Positions 42,591-54,184 are shown, counted from the first letter of the stretch. The stretch is DNA of 64,000 nucleotides from an uncultured Verrucomicrobiae bacterium (GCA_963834385.1 CAWIBO010000002.1:1152001-1216000); one strand, 5' to 3'. Notes: a model not told the origin generated them from the sequence alone. Numbers and translations are program-made.

Positions 42591-44163
42591 TCACCGCGCC
42601 GTAAACGCTCCATTCCCTTCCTCGAGATAAACCCGGCCGGCCACCTTGGTTACTCGCAGATACTGCCGCCAGGTTCCGCTCTCGAACCGACGCGTTCTTT
42701 CCCTCGTCTCGGTCTCGGCTGGCGGCGCCTTGCCCCCTTCGCGCAGGGCCTCGTGCAGGACCCGGCCATCCATCGCGGCTGGCGGCTCGATTCCGAGCAG
42801 GTGCAAGATCGTCGGGGCGAGATCGGCATTCCCGCTCGGCGTGGCGCTGTCGAGTCCGCGCGCGAAATCCGGCCCGGCCGCGACCAGCACATTGCGCACA
42901 TCGAAACGGGAGAGGGAGGCGTGCGTTCCCTTCCCGACGCCCCGGGCGGCATCAGCCACCAGTTCCCCTTGCACGCCGTGCCGGTTGGCGCCTGCCGCCC
43001 AGCGCATCGAGACGATCACGTCCGGCCCTTCCGCCGTGGCCAGGCCGGCGGCGGCCAGCGGAAAGGTTCCCTCCATCTCTTCACGGGTGAGAATGACGCC
43101 GGCAAAATCGGATTGCTGCAGCCAACTGACCAGGCGCGCGATTGTCGCCCGGTCGCGCCCGGTCACGTAAAAGAGAGAGGAACCGCCGTTGCCCACGATC
43201 ATGACCTGGCCCGGCACCGGCTTCTCCGGCAGCGCGTCCGGCGCGTCGAACCCGGCCGCCCGGAGCAGTTTCGGAACGTTCACCGCGCGCGTGATCGTGG
43301 AAAAACCGTGGTCGGAGACCACCATGATGTTGGTTTTCTCCAGTAGCTTCTTCTCCCGGAGAACGTCGCGGACCAGGGCAAGATTGGCGTCGGACTGCGC
43401 CACGGCCGCCAGGCTCGCGGGCGAGCCCGGCGCTTCCTCGTGCGCGGTCAGGTCGGGTTCGCTCAGCCAGAGAAGCGAAAAATCGGGCAGCCCGTCGCGC
43501 CAGAGCACCTCGAGTCAGCGCTCGCGCGGTGAATCGGTTCCGCGCTTCGTTCGTGTCCGCCATGCCGACAAGGAACGGACCGAGAAGTTTTTCGGCCAAT
43601 TCGCGCGCGGCGGCGGGCATGGGCGCGCCCGCGAACACTGTCACCCGGATGCCATTCGGCTTGGTCCAGCGCGCATGCGCCCATTCAGCCCGGCGATCGA
43701 ACAGGAAGGCGACGGACTTGCTTCCGGCCACGGCCGCAGTTCGTCCTTTTGCCTGCAGGATCTCCGGCAGGGTCGGGGCGGCCAGGTATTTGCCCCCGCT
43801 CAATTCGTCCCCCCGCCGGACTGTTTCCTCGTCCCCGGTATCAATCGGGCGCGTTGCCTCCAGGCGCGGACGGAACTCACGGTTGGCAATGAGGCCGCTA
43901 CGCCCCGGTTGCATTCCGGTGACGAGGGCCGCGCCGTTTACCTGCGTGGCCGTCGGATAAACCGCGTGATGACGCTGGAATCGGACGCCATCACGCGTCA
44001 TCTGCCAGAGCGTCGGCGTCAGCCGCGCGGTCACCGCTTCCGGCCGCAGACCGTCCATGACCACGAGCACGAAATGGCGTTCTGCCGGGAGCGTTTCGCC
44101 GGCCGGCGCCATTCCCATGCTCAGGGCGAAAAGCACCAGGGTCGGGAGGAAACGCGCGCGCAT
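42591..44163 (-). CDS. Alkaline phosphatase/nucleotide pyrophosphatase family (frameshift ~43510)
   Basis: MDGLRP, YPTAT, EPDLTAH, VVSDHG, DLAPT. Confidence 0.88.
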
Positions 44164-44288
44164 GCCTGGGAAGAGTGACGCGGAAATCGCGGGTGGCGCA
44201 AGCCTGCCCCCGGGGCTTCCGATGGTTTGCGCTGGTCACCGCGCCCCGCGTGGGCTTGCATGCAGGGCGGCGCGCGGCGCCGCGCACC

Positions 44289-45095
44289 ATGAAAACCGAG
44301 GGCATTGTCGAAGTTAAACAGGGCGCCAGGATCAACCTGAAAGAGATTGATCCGGCCGCGAAAGCGGCCGCTTCCAAGGACGCCGCCTGCAACCGCCTGA
44401 AGAAGCTGCAGGAACGTTTCGCCGATCTGCAGGTGACCTTCTTCGCCGAGCATCAGCGCAGTTTTCTCCTCGTCCTCCAGGCCATGGACACCGGCGGCAA
44501 GGATGGCGCGGTCAAAGCCATCTGCCATGGCATCGATCCGAACGGCATTCGCCTCTCCAACTTCAAATACCCGAGCCCAGAGGAATGGGACCATGATTTT
44601 CTCTGGCGGGTGCACAAGGTCACCCCGGCGAAAGGCATGATCGCGATCTGGAACCGCTCACATTACGAGGATGTGCTCGTGCCGCGCGTGCATGACCAGA
44701 TCAAGGAGGAGGTCTGGCGCAAACGTTGCGAGGATATCGTCGCCTTCGAGCGTTTGCTCCGGCATAACGGGACCACCATCCTGAAGTTCTTTCTGCACAT
44801 CTCGAAAGAGGAACAGAAAGAGCGTTTGCAGGCGCGGCTCGATAAACCGGACAAGCACTGGAAATTCAATCCGGGTGACCTCAAGGAGCGCGCCCTCTGG
44901 GACCGTTACATGGAGGTGAACGCCGAGGTCATGGCCGCCACCAGCACCCCCGGGGCTCCCTGGCGCATCGTGCCGGCCAACCGAAAATGGTCCCGCGACC
45001 TTTTCCTGCTCGAGACCATCGTCGGCGCCATGGAAAAACTGCGGCCCCGTTTTCCCACCCCCGATTTCGATCCGGCAAAGATCAAGATCGTCTAG
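44289..45095 (+). CDS. ppk2: Polyphosphate kinase 2
   Basis: QAMDTGGKDG, HDFLWR, NRSHYEDVL. Confidence 0.92.
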   Translation: MKTEGIVEVKQGARINLKEIDPAAKAAASKDAACNRLKKLQERFADLQVTFFAEHQRSFLLVLQAMDTGGKDGAVKAICHGIDPNGIRLSNFKYPSPEEWDHDFLWRVHKVTPAKGMIAIWNRSHYEDVLVPRVHDQIKEEVWRKRCEDIVAFERLLRHNGTTILKFFLHISKEEQKERLQARLDKPDKHWKFNPGDLKERALWDRYMEVNAEVMAATSTPGAPWRIVPANRKWSRDLFLLETIVGAMEKLRPRFPTPDFDPAKIKIV

Positions 45096-45808
45096 AGGAG
45101 CCGCCACTTCGGCGTGCCGTCCGGGCGCGCCTGCCAGAGCCGCACGCCGCCGAGGTAAGCCCGGCGGTTATCGCCTCGTTCCACTCCCTCCGGCAAACGC
45201 TTCAGCGCCTTGGAGAGACCGCCACCGAGTACCACGTAATCCGCGATGGTGGCGATCTTCAGCTGGCGCACGACCGCATGCACTTCCGCTTCCCATTCTT
45301 TCCGGGGCCGCGCGCTGAAGGCCTCGACCCCCAGCCGCGCTTCCAGCCGGTCGGCGCCGGGATAAGGCAGGTGGCCCAGCTCGAGGGGCAGAATCGTCTG
45401 GTCCCAGAGCAGGGCCGAGCCCAGCCCGGTTCCCAGCCCCAGGAAAAGCATCCGGCCCCCGTGATAACTGCCGAGGGCCTGGAGCGAGGCATCATTGATC
45501 ACGCGGACCGGCAGGCCGAGAGCCCGCGTGAAGTTGAACCCGATCCAGCCCGCGGCCAGGTGGGTCGGCTCGCGCAGGATGCGGCCTCCGCGAATCGCGG
45601 CGGGAAACCCAAGGGCGACGCGATCGTATTTCCAGTCGCGGGTGGCTTCGCGCAATGCGGGGGCAAGATCGCGCGGGCCGAAATGATCGCCGGAATCAAT
45701 CTTCCGCCGCCGCCGCGCCGAGATCATCAGCTTGATGTGGGTGCCGCCGATATCGACCACGAGGGTGCGCTCGGCGCCTTTCCCCTTCGTCCCGCTCTTC
45801 GCTTTCAA
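45092..45808 (-). CDS. ROK family, polyphosphate glucokinase-like
   Basis: DIGGT, NDA, GLGTGLG, ELGH. Confidence 0.8.
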   Translation of the reverse strand: MKAKSGTKGKGAERTLVVDIGGTHIKLMISARRRRKIDSGDHFGPRDLAPALREATRDWKYDRVALGFPAAIRGGRILREPTHLAAGWIGFNFTRALGLPVRVINDASLQALGSYHGGRMLFLGLGTGLGSALLWDQTILPLELGHLPYPGADRLEARLGVEAFSARPRKEWEAEVHAVVRQLKIATIADYVVLGGGLSKALKRLPEGVERGDNRRAYLGGVRLWQARPDGTPKWRLL

Positions 45809-45815
45809 CCGCGGC

Positions 45816-48003
45816 CTAGTCTCCGAATCCGACCCCGCGCGTGATCCGCTGCAGGATGCCGCCTTTATCCGGCTTGGCCGCGGTCACGGCCGGCCAGCAA
45901 TCGATGATCTCGAGGGCGAGGAAACGGAACAAAGTCAGGCGGGCAAACTTCAGGTCGAGCCGCAAATTCTTGGCGATCTGCTGCACGGAACGGGCCCCGT
46001 TAAACTGCGAGGCGAACTGGGCCTCAGCCACGGTCAGGCGCAGGTGTTGGACCCGGTCGAATCCGTCCCGCGTATAGGCCGGGATGCAGCCGGGATCGAT
46101 GGCCGGAGCGGTGCTGAGTTCCGGGTACTGGACAAAGCGGAGCACGTTCAGGCACCACTGGTCGATCTCACCTTCGCCGGGCTGGTCGCTCGCGTAATCC
46201 GGCAGCCGGTCGAGCAATTCAAAGACGAACCGGACCCGTTTCGTCGTCCAGAGCTGGGCAAAAAGTTTCTGGCCGTGATGCTGCACCAGTTGCTGGGCCG
46301 GGTCGCGCAGGATCAGGTCTTCCCGGGCCAGGGTGATGAACAGGGGCGCGCCGGTCTCCCTCTGCGCCTGCTTGGCCCACTCGGTCGCGGTCCCCGTCCA
46401 CGTTCACCAGGGTGATCGGCGCTTCCGGGCAGTAAATCTCCGGGTCGCGTGTCGTGACCAGGACCACCTTGCCCTGCTGCGCCAGGAGTTCGACCGGGCT
46501 CTTGTTCCAAAAACAGCGGAGCACGCCGGTCAGCTTCTCGCGCCCGATCGTCTGCAGCGCCCAGTGCAGCGAAAAGAAGGTGGTGTCGCCGCAAAAATAG
46601 GTCGCCTCGCTCGCTCCGCGGGTCGAGCCGGCCTCGTAGCTGACCGGCATCGGCGCTGTCTCCACCTGGTCGGTGATGTTCATGGCACTCTCGTCCGCCC
46701 CAAAAATGTTGCCCGTGGGCGCGTCGGCCATTGGCTCCGGCTCCCACATCGGGGGGGCGCTCTCCGGCTGCGGTTGAAAAGATCCTTCCTCCGCCGCCAC
46801 CGGGCTTTCCGCCTGGGGTTCCGGTGCCGGTTCCATCGCCGGTGTTTCCGGTTCCGCCGGGATCGGCTCGGGTTCGTTGGCAGGGAGATGCTTGGACACG
46901 GTGCTCAGGAGAAGGTCGGAGGTGAACGGCTTGCTCAGCGAACCGATTACGTTGCGGTTCACGAACTCGTCGGGTTTAAGGTCCGACCCAAATCCCGACA
47001 TGTAAAGGACCGGCACTTCCGCCGTGCGCCCATCCTCCAGCAGACGCTGGCTGACCTCGTTCCCCTTCATGTCCGGCAGCACGTAATCGAGCAGGATCAG
47101 GTCGGGCTTCTCCCGCGCGGCCGCGCGCAACCCTTCCTCCGCCGTCCCCGCCGAGAACACCTGGTAGCGCGCGTCGGTCAGGATTTCGCTCACGAAACTC
47201 AGCAGCATCATGCTGTCGTCCACCACCAGCACCTTGGGCGAGCCCGAGCTGGCCGGCCGCCTCGCTTTGGCCCGCGTGGCCGCGGCATCGGCGGTCTCGT
47301 CAATGTTTCGCACCGCTTCCATGAGCAGGACCTGCCAGTCGAGATTGATCGTCCGCGGGGGTTGCTCGCCCGAAAGCTCGGAGATCTTGCCCCCTTTCCA
47401 GTTCACGATCTCGTTAAAGGCGGCCAGCCCTTCCTTGCCGGGGGCGGTCGCGTGTCGCACCTGCCCGTTCTCGAAATAGACCCGCGCCTTTTCACCCTTT
47501 GGCCCGGTGAACTCGAGCGCCGAACTCGATCCCCCGATGCACTTGAGCTGGATGATGTCGGCGATGTGCAGGTCGCTCAGGGTCCCGGCGAATTTTTGTT
47601 CCTCGCCCTCGGCGGAGGCGAGCAGCGCCCCGGCCAGGTCCACGAAATCGCCATGCGGGAACGGCTTCTCCAGGTAATGAATCGCCCCCAGCCCGGAGAC
47701 CTGTTCCCGTTGCAGCTCGAAATGGCGCGCGGTCAGGATAATGGCGCGGGCGTTCGGGTGGCTCGTCCGCAGATCGTAAAGGAATTCCTGGCCGAGGTCG
47801 TAGGTGGCGTCGAGATCAAGCACGAACAGGTTCGGCTTCAAGCCCACCACCATGCTTTGCGCTTCCTCGAGGCTGTGCGCGACATGCACCTGCGCGCCCG
47901 CGGCCGCTTCCGCCACCGCCGAGGTGATTTCATTCCCAAGTTGCTCGTCAGGGGCCAGGACAAGCACCTGTCCGGCGTTGGGCGATGGATCGTTTTCGTT
48001 CAC
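45816..48003 (-). CDS. Dual-receiver response regulator with DUF4388-like domains (frameshift ~46380)
   Basis: REC, FAGTLSDLHIADIIQ (DUF4388), REC, Pro/Glu linker, second DUF4388-like domain. Confidence 0.8.
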
Positions 48004-48132
48004 GGCTGGCGGGTCTCGGCGCGGCCGTTCTTCGCCCGCGCTCCCCTGTAGAAATGCCCGCTTCCGGCGAAATGGAAAGGATTTTCTCAGGAAGCGTTCG
48101 GCTTCCGAACGCGCCTCCGCGTCGCCCCCCGC

Positions 48133-48252
48133 TTAACGGGTATGCACGCCGGCCGAGACCGCTTCCCCGCTGTCGGTCCGCACCGTGGTGGTGCATCCGA
48201 TGAAGGAAGCCAGGACGAGAACTGCACCGAGCGTGAGAAGAATGGTTTTCAT
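48133..48252 (-). CDS. Small lipoprotein (39 aa)
   Basis: MKTILL..FIGC lipobox. Confidence 0.55.
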   Translation of the reverse strand: MKTILLTLGAVLVLASFIGCTTTVRTDSGEAVSAGVHTR

Positions 48253-48328
48253 ATGCCTTTTAATCGCACGCGGCCCCTCCGCCGATCGTCTCCCGTTTTC
48301 CTGGGCCGGTCTTTCGGCCCGAACCGCC

Positions 48329-49730
48329 CTACCCCGGCCCGCCAAAAATCGACGACAACGCCCTTCGGCTCACTTTCCCCCGCTCGTTCGCCGGAATTCG
48401 GTCGACGAAGAAGATCCGTTTCGGCACCTGCCACCCGCTTAACCTCTCGCGGCAATGCGCCAGCAACGCCGCTTCATCCTGGTTCTTCGCCACCACGCAG
48501 GCCGCCACCTCTTCGTTGCGCACCGCCGAGGCCCGCCCGAACGCCACCGCCTCGCGCACCCCGGGAAACCGCAGCAACTCCGCCTCCACCTCCGCCGGGT
48601 TCACCTTCTTTCCCGCCACGTTGATCACGTCGGACACCCGCCCCACGATCCGGTAGGCCGTCTCCCCGTTTTTCCAGCAGGTCGCCCGGGACAAACACGC
48701 CTTCCCCGAGGTGCGCCGGGTCGGGCTCCGGATAGTAGCCCTCCGCCACGGCCGCGCTGCGCACCCGGATTTGCGACGTCGTTGCTCCTCCGTCGGCCAG
48801 CTCGATGGTCACGCCTTCCAGGGGCGTCCCAACGAATCCGTCCGCCGGATTCGTTCCGTCGCGGTCATAACAGATCCCGCCGCACTCCGACGACCCGTAG
48901 AAGGAATGAATCGGCTGCCCAAACCGCTCAAGAAAAGCGTGCGCCAGTCTCGCCGTCAGGGGTGCACCGGCCGACAAACAAAGGCGCAGGTGCGGCAGCG
49001 GCGGGACGTTCTCCATCTCGCAGAACGGCTGGAAGAAAACCGGCATGCCGGGAAAAACGGTCGCGCCGCTCGCCGCGAGGTCGTCCAGGACCGCGCGCGG
49101 CATCCGATCCCGGCTCAGGACCAGCGGCACCCCGCGAAACAGCAGCGGGGTGAGCAGGTTCGAGAACCCGTAGGAATGCGAGACCGGGATCACTCCGAAG
49201 TTCCGGTCCTGCGCCGTGATCCCCATGGTCGCGCAGATCTGGTCGCAATCCGCCAGGAGCTGGCGGCCGCGAAACCGAATCGCGCGCGGGGCCGCCGTCG
49301 TCCCGGAGGTCAGTTTCAGGAGCGCCGGCGCTTCTCCCTCCCACGGCGGCGGGGCGTTGCCGCCGGGGCAGGGGGCAAACTGCAGATCGTCCGGGCCGGT
49401 GACAATCAGCGCGACGCCACAGGCGGCGCAGGCCCGGTCCCGTTCCGCCGGGGAAACGGTCTGCTCGAGCGGCAGCACCACCAAACCCTTTCGCCAGCAG
49501 GCGAGCAGGAGCGCCGGCCAGGCCGGATGGTTCCCGGTCTGGATCGCCACCACGCTCCCGGGCGGCCCCGCCTTTTCCAGGCGCGAACCGAGCGCGCGCG
49601 CTTCCTCTTCCACCGCGGAAAAGGTGCGCGCAACAGCCCCGCGCCGGTCGAACACGGCCGGGCTATCTCCCTGGCGCCCAAGCGTTTCCGCCCAGCGCTC
49701 CAGGCACGGGCCGGCGGCGGACCCGGTCAC
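48329..49730 (-). CDS. Acyl-CoA synthetase/AMP-binding enzyme (frameshift ~48670)
   Basis: [29 protein letters not shown]. Confidence 0.88.
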
Positions 49731-49759
49731 TTGCGGGAAGGCGTTTCCGCGCCTATAGT
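49731..49759 (+). promoter_or_regulatory. Sigma-70 promoter of rpmE
   Basis: TTGCGG-17nt-TATAGT, 18 nt before the ATG. Confidence 0.6.
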
Positions 49760-49777
49760 CGCAATCCGTTTCCGACC

Positions 49778-50008
49778 ATGAAAGCCGATATCCATCCCGA
49801 TTATCACGTGACCGACATTTCCTGCGCTTGCGGCGCGGTTTATCATACCCGCTCGACGCGGCGTGACATTAAAATCGGCATTTGCGCGGCCTGTCATCCG
49901 TTTTTTACCGGCGAACAGAAATTCGTCGACACCGCCGGTCGCGTGGAAAAATTCGCGCGCCGTTACGGCAGCACCAAGGCCTCGCGCGTCGGGGTCAAGA
50001 AATCCTAG
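49778..50008 (+). CDS. rpmE: 50S ribosomal protein L31 (Zn-binding type)
   Basis: [22 protein letters not shown]. Confidence 0.97.
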   Translation: MKADIHPDYHVTDISCACGAVYHTRSTRRDIKIGICAACHPFFTGEQKFVDTAGRVEKFARRYGSTKASRVGVKKS

Positions 50009-50024
50009 CTTCTTCAGCATGAAC

Positions 50025-50049
50025 ACGGCGGTCTTCGGGCCGCCGTTTT
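50025..50049 (+). terminator. Intrinsic terminator
   Basis: acggcggtc-ttcg-ggccgccgt-ttt. Confidence 0.7.
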
Positions 50050-50093
50050 GCTTGTACCCGACCCGCTCTTGCCCGACACCTCTCTTTTCCTAA

Positions 50094-51173
50094 ATGGACC
50101 TTGCCCCGCTTATTGACCGTAAACGCAGTCGCTTCGACGAACTCGAACGCGAGATCGCCGATCCCGCGCTTTTCGAGAACCGGAAACGCGCCAGCGAGAT
50201 CATGCGCGAGCACTCCGGGATCAAGCAGCTTCTCGCCCGCTGGGGCGAACTCGAGACCTCCCGGCGGCAGCTCGAGGACAACCGCGAACTCTCCACCGCA
50301 GCCGACGCCGACCTGGCCCTGATGGCGCAGGAGGAAATTCCGGCGCTCGAGAAACGCGTGGCCGACCTCGAGCGCGCGGTCCTCATCGATCTGCTGCCGT
50401 CCGATGAATCGGAGGAGCGCGATGCCATTGTCGAGATTCGCGCCGGCACCGGCGGGAGCGAAGCGGCCATTTTCGCCGCCGACCTTTACCGGATGTACAA
50501 CCGGTTCGCCGAAACGCGCGGGCTCAAGATCGAGGACCTCGATTCCAGTCCCTCGGAGTTGGGCGGCCTGAAGGAATCGATCTTCCGTGTCTCGGGCGAG
50601 GCGGTTTTCCGGCTGCTCCGTTACGAGAGCGGGGTTCACCGCGTCCAGCGCGTCCCGGCGACCGAGGCCCAGGGCCGGATTCACACTTCCACCGCCACCG
50701 TGGCCGTTCTGCCCGAGGCCGAGGAAGTCGATCTCGAGCTGAAACCGGACGAACTTCGGATCGAGGTTTGCCGCGCCGGCGGCCCGGGCGGGCAGGGGGT
50801 CAACACCACCGATTCCGCCGTGCAGATTCTGCATATCCCGACCGGGCGGATCGTCCGTTGCCAGGACGGCCGGAGCCAGCAGAAGAACAAGGAGAAAGCG
50901 CTCGCCATCATGCGCGCCCGGCTGCTCGAGGACAAACGTCGCGAGGAAGAGGCGAAATATTCCGCGACCCGCAAAAACCAGATCGGCTCCGGCGGTCGCG
51001 AGGAAAAGATCCGCACCTACAACTTCCCGCAGAACCGCATCACCGATCACCGCATCGGCCTGACGCTCTATAATCTGGATCGCGTCATGGAAGGCAGCCT
51101 CGACGAATTGATCGCCTCCCTGCAAAGCGCCGACATCGAGGAACGCCTGAAAAACTCCGCCCTCTCTGTCTAA
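50094..51173 (+). CDS. prfA: Peptide chain release factor 1
   Basis: VQRVPAT (PxT), GGQ, IRTYNFPQ. Confidence 0.97.
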   Translation: MDLAPLIDRKRSRFDELEREIADPALFENRKRASEIMREHSGIKQLLARWGELETSRRQLEDNRELSTAADADLALMAQEEIPALEKRVADLERAVLIDLLPSDESEERDAIVEIRAGTGGSEAAIFAADLYRMYNRFAETRGLKIEDLDSSPSELGGLKESIFRVSGEAVFRLLRYESGVHRVQRVPATEAQGRIHTSTATVAVLPEAEEVDLELKPDELRIEVCRAGGPGGQGVNTTDSAVQILHIPTGRIVRCQDGRSQQKNKEKALAIMRARLLEDKRREEEAKYSATRKNQIGSGGREEKIRTYNFPQNRITDHRIGLTLYNLDRVMEGSLDELIASLQSADIEERLKNSALSV

Positions 51174-51189
51174 CGCGCCGCAGCGCGTT

Positions 51190-51685
51190 GGAAGATGGAA
51201 GATGGAAGATGAAGGGAGGGACGCGCTTCCGCGTGTCCGATTCCAAAAACCGAAACAAGGAGAAAAACAAATTAGGAAACCAGGTTGAGACGAGGATGGA
51301 GAATAGCGAATGGAGGATAGCTTCCCCCTCCTACGCAGGAATCCTAATCGTGCTCCTAATCGCTCTGTTGACCTCCCGAAAAGCTGAAATAAGGAGAGAA
51401 TGAATTAGGAACCAAGGAAAGCAGGATGGGACGAGGATCGAGGGTGGAAAATGGAGGATCGCTCCCCTTAACACTTAAGACTTAACACTTAACACACGCC
51501 TCCCCAGTTACTGATTCCTCTTTTCCTGATTAAAGACTTCCCGGTTTCCTGGCTTCCAAATTAGTCCATTCGAGAAATCGAGATTCGAAAATCCCTTTCC
51601 TGCTTTCCTCCTTTCCTAATTAGATTCCTTTTCCTGGTTTCCTGGTTGTCCCAATCGAAAATCGAGATTCAAAAATCGAAAATTC
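51190..51685. repeat. Composite repeat array between prfA and prmC
   Basis: GATGGAA, AGGAA (both orientations), TTAACAC x4, AATCGAA modules. Confidence 0.88.
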
Positions 51686-52520
51686 CCCTCCTTCCCTCCT
51701 CTCGGTCCTGCAATCGACCACCGCCTGGTTCGCGAAACGCGGCGTGGAAAGCCCGCGCCTTAACGCGGAACACCTCCTGGCCCACGTCCTCGGCCGGAAA
51801 CGGATCGAGCTTTATCTCGAGTTCGAGCGGCCCCTCGCCGAGACCGAGCTGGCCCCGCTGCGCGATCTGGTCCGGCGCCGCGGCCAGGGCGAACCGCTCC
51901 AGCATCTCCTCGGCACGGTCGAGTTCTGCGGCATGACTTTTCTCTGCGACAAACGCGCCCTCGTTCCCCGCCCGGAAACCGAGGAACTCGTCACCCTCCT
52001 CCAATCGAAAATCGAAAATCGAACCTCGAAAATCCTCGACGTCGGCACCGGCAGCGGCGTGATCGCCCTCGCGCTCGCCGCCCGTTTTCCCGAGGCCACG
52101 GTGCACGCGCTTGATCTCAGCCACGACGCGCTTGCTCTCGCCCGCGAAAACGCCGCCCGGCTCGGGTTGACGGACCGCGTCCAGTTCGAGCAGGGCGATC
52201 TTCTCCCGGCCGGGACCGATCGTTACGACGTCATCGTCGCCAACCTTCCCTATGTGCCCGCGAATGACCCAGTCAGCCGCGAAGTGGCCCATGATCCGGC
52301 CACCGCGCTCTATGGCGGAGCCACCGGCACCGAAGTGATCCAGCGCCTGATCGAATCAGCCCCGCCGCGCCTTGCCCCGGGCGGTCTGCTCGCGCTCGAG
52401 ATCGGCCAGGGCCAGGCGGCCGCGCTCGAGGAGTTGCTGCGCGCCGCGGGTTACCACGATATCTCGACCGTGAAGGATTTTGGGGGTATCCTCCGCTTCC
52501 TGTTTTCCCGGTATGGATAA
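51646..52520 (+). CDS. prmC: Release factor glutamine methyltransferase (5' end frameshifted or uncertain)
   Basis: EPLQH, PRPETE, DVGTGSG, NLPY; PrmC-like sequence extends upstream of GTG 51744 with no in-frame ATG. Confidence 0.92.
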
Positions 52521-53775
52521 GATCCTTGTGCATGGCGGCCATGAGCTGTCCGGTTCCATCAAGATCAGCGGCTCGAAGAACTCGGCCCTGCCGATCCTGG
52601 CCGCCACTCTGCTCACGCGCGAGCCCTGCACCCTTCATCGGGTGCCCGACCTGAGCGATACCAATTACATGCTCCAGATCCTGGCCCATCTCGGGGCGCA
52701 GGTGGAACGCGCCAGCGGCACCGTCACCGTCACCGCGGAAAAGATCGAATCGATCGCCCCCTACGATGTGGTCCGCCGGATGCGCGCCTCCGTCTGCGTG
52801 CTGGGACCGCTCCTGGGCCGTTGCCGCGAGGCCACCGTCTCGCTCCCGGGCGGCTGCGTCATTGGCGATCGCCCGATCGATCTGCATTTGAAGGGGTTCG
52901 AGGCGCTCGGCGCCGCCATCCGGGTCGAGGGCGGCAACGTCAAGGTTTTCGCCCCGAAACTTCAGGGCGCGGTCATCAACCTGCGCGGCAAGTTCGGGCC
53001 CACCGTGCTCGGGACCGACAATGTCATGATGGCCGCCGTCCTGGCCGAGGGCACCACCGTGATCGAGGGGGCCGCCCAGGAACCGGAGGTGTGCGACCTG
53101 GCCGATTTCCTGAACAAGATGGGCGCAAAGATCGAGGGGGCCGGCACCCGCCGCATGATCATCGAGGGGGTGAAGGAACTACACGGGGCGGAGCACACCG
53201 TCATTCCGGACCGGATCGAAGCGGGGACGTTCCTTGTCGCCGGCGCCATGGCGGGCAAAGGGGTCACGCTCAAGCGGGTGAACGCGAAGCATGTCGAGGC
53301 GGTCACGGCAGCGCTGACCTCGTGCGGTTACAAGATCGAGAGCAAAGGCGACAGCATGACGGTCTCGCCGAACGGCGCGGTGCAGCCGCTGGAGATTGCC
53401 ACCGAGCCGTACCCCGGGTTCCCCACCGATATGCAGGCGCAGATGTGCGCGCTTCTCTCCACCACGGACGGAATCAGTGTGGTCACCGAGAACGTTTTTC
53501 CGCAGCGCTACATGCATGTGGCGGAATTGAAGCGCATGGGCGCCAATGTGCAGCTCGAGGGAGCCACGGCCGTTATCCACGGCGTGGAGAAACTGCTCGG
53601 CGCGCCGGTGATGGCGAGTGATCTGCGAGCCTCGGCGGCGTTGGTCCTGGCCGGGCTGAAAGCGGAGGGGATCACCGAGATCGGGCGCGTTTATCACATT
53701 GACCGCGGTTACGAGCACCTGGACGAAAAGCTCGGCGAGCTTGGCGCGCATATTGAACGTGTTAAAGATAAGTGA
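52513..53775 (+). CDS. murA: UDP-N-acetylglucosamine 1-carboxyvinyltransferase
   Basis: SGSKNSALP, PGGCVIGDRP, YPGFPTDMQAQ. Confidence 0.97.
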   Translation: MDKILVHGGHELSGSIKISGSKNSALPILAATLLTREPCTLHRVPDLSDTNYMLQILAHLGAQVERASGTVTVTAEKIESIAPYDVVRRMRASVCVLGPLLGRCREATVSLPGGCVIGDRPIDLHLKGFEALGAAIRVEGGNVKVFAPKLQGAVINLRGKFGPTVLGTDNVMMAAVLAEGTTVIEGAAQEPEVCDLADFLNKMGAKIEGAGTRRMIIEGVKELHGAEHTVIPDRIEAGTFLVAGAMAGKGVTLKRVNAKHVEAVTAALTSCGYKIESKGDSMTVSPNGAVQPLEIATEPYPGFPTDMQAQMCALLSTTDGISVVTENVFPQRYMHVAELKRMGANVQLEGATAVIHGVEKLLGAPVMASDLRASAALVLAGLKAEGITEIGRVYHIDRGYEHLDEKLGELGAHIERVKDK

Positions 53776-54158
53776 TGGACACCACGACTCCTCCCCCCGC
53801 GCCCTCCTCGCCGCCTCCCGTGACCAGTCCCCGCACCTGGGCGGTCCTTTGTCATGCCACCGCCTTGAGCGGCGTCGTCCTGCACGTCTTCGGATTTGTC
53901 CTGGGACCGCTGGTCGTCTGGCTGGCCAAGCGCGGTGAATCCGCCGAGATCGACGCGCACGGCAAGGAATCGCTCAATTTCCAGTTGTCGATGCTGCTCT
54001 GGAGCCTGATCGCCTCGATTCTGATCGTGGTCCTGATCGGGATCCCGATTTTGATCGGCCTTTACGTGATCAACATCGTCCTCACCATCATCGCCTCGCT
54101 CAAAGCGAGCGAAGGCACTCTCTACCGCTACCCGCTCACCATCCGTTTCCTCGGGTAA
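53772..54158 (+). CDS. DUF4870 membrane protein
   Basis: HGKESLNFQ, YRYPLTIRF. Confidence 0.9.
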   Translation: MMDTTTPPPAPSSPPPVTSPRTWAVLCHATALSGVVLHVFGFVLGPLVVWLAKRGESAEIDAHGKESLNFQLSMLLWSLIASILIVVLIGIPILIGLYVINIVLTIIASLKASEGTLYRYPLTIRFLG

Positions 54159-54184
54159 ACCAGCTGCCTTGGCTCGGCGGCGGT

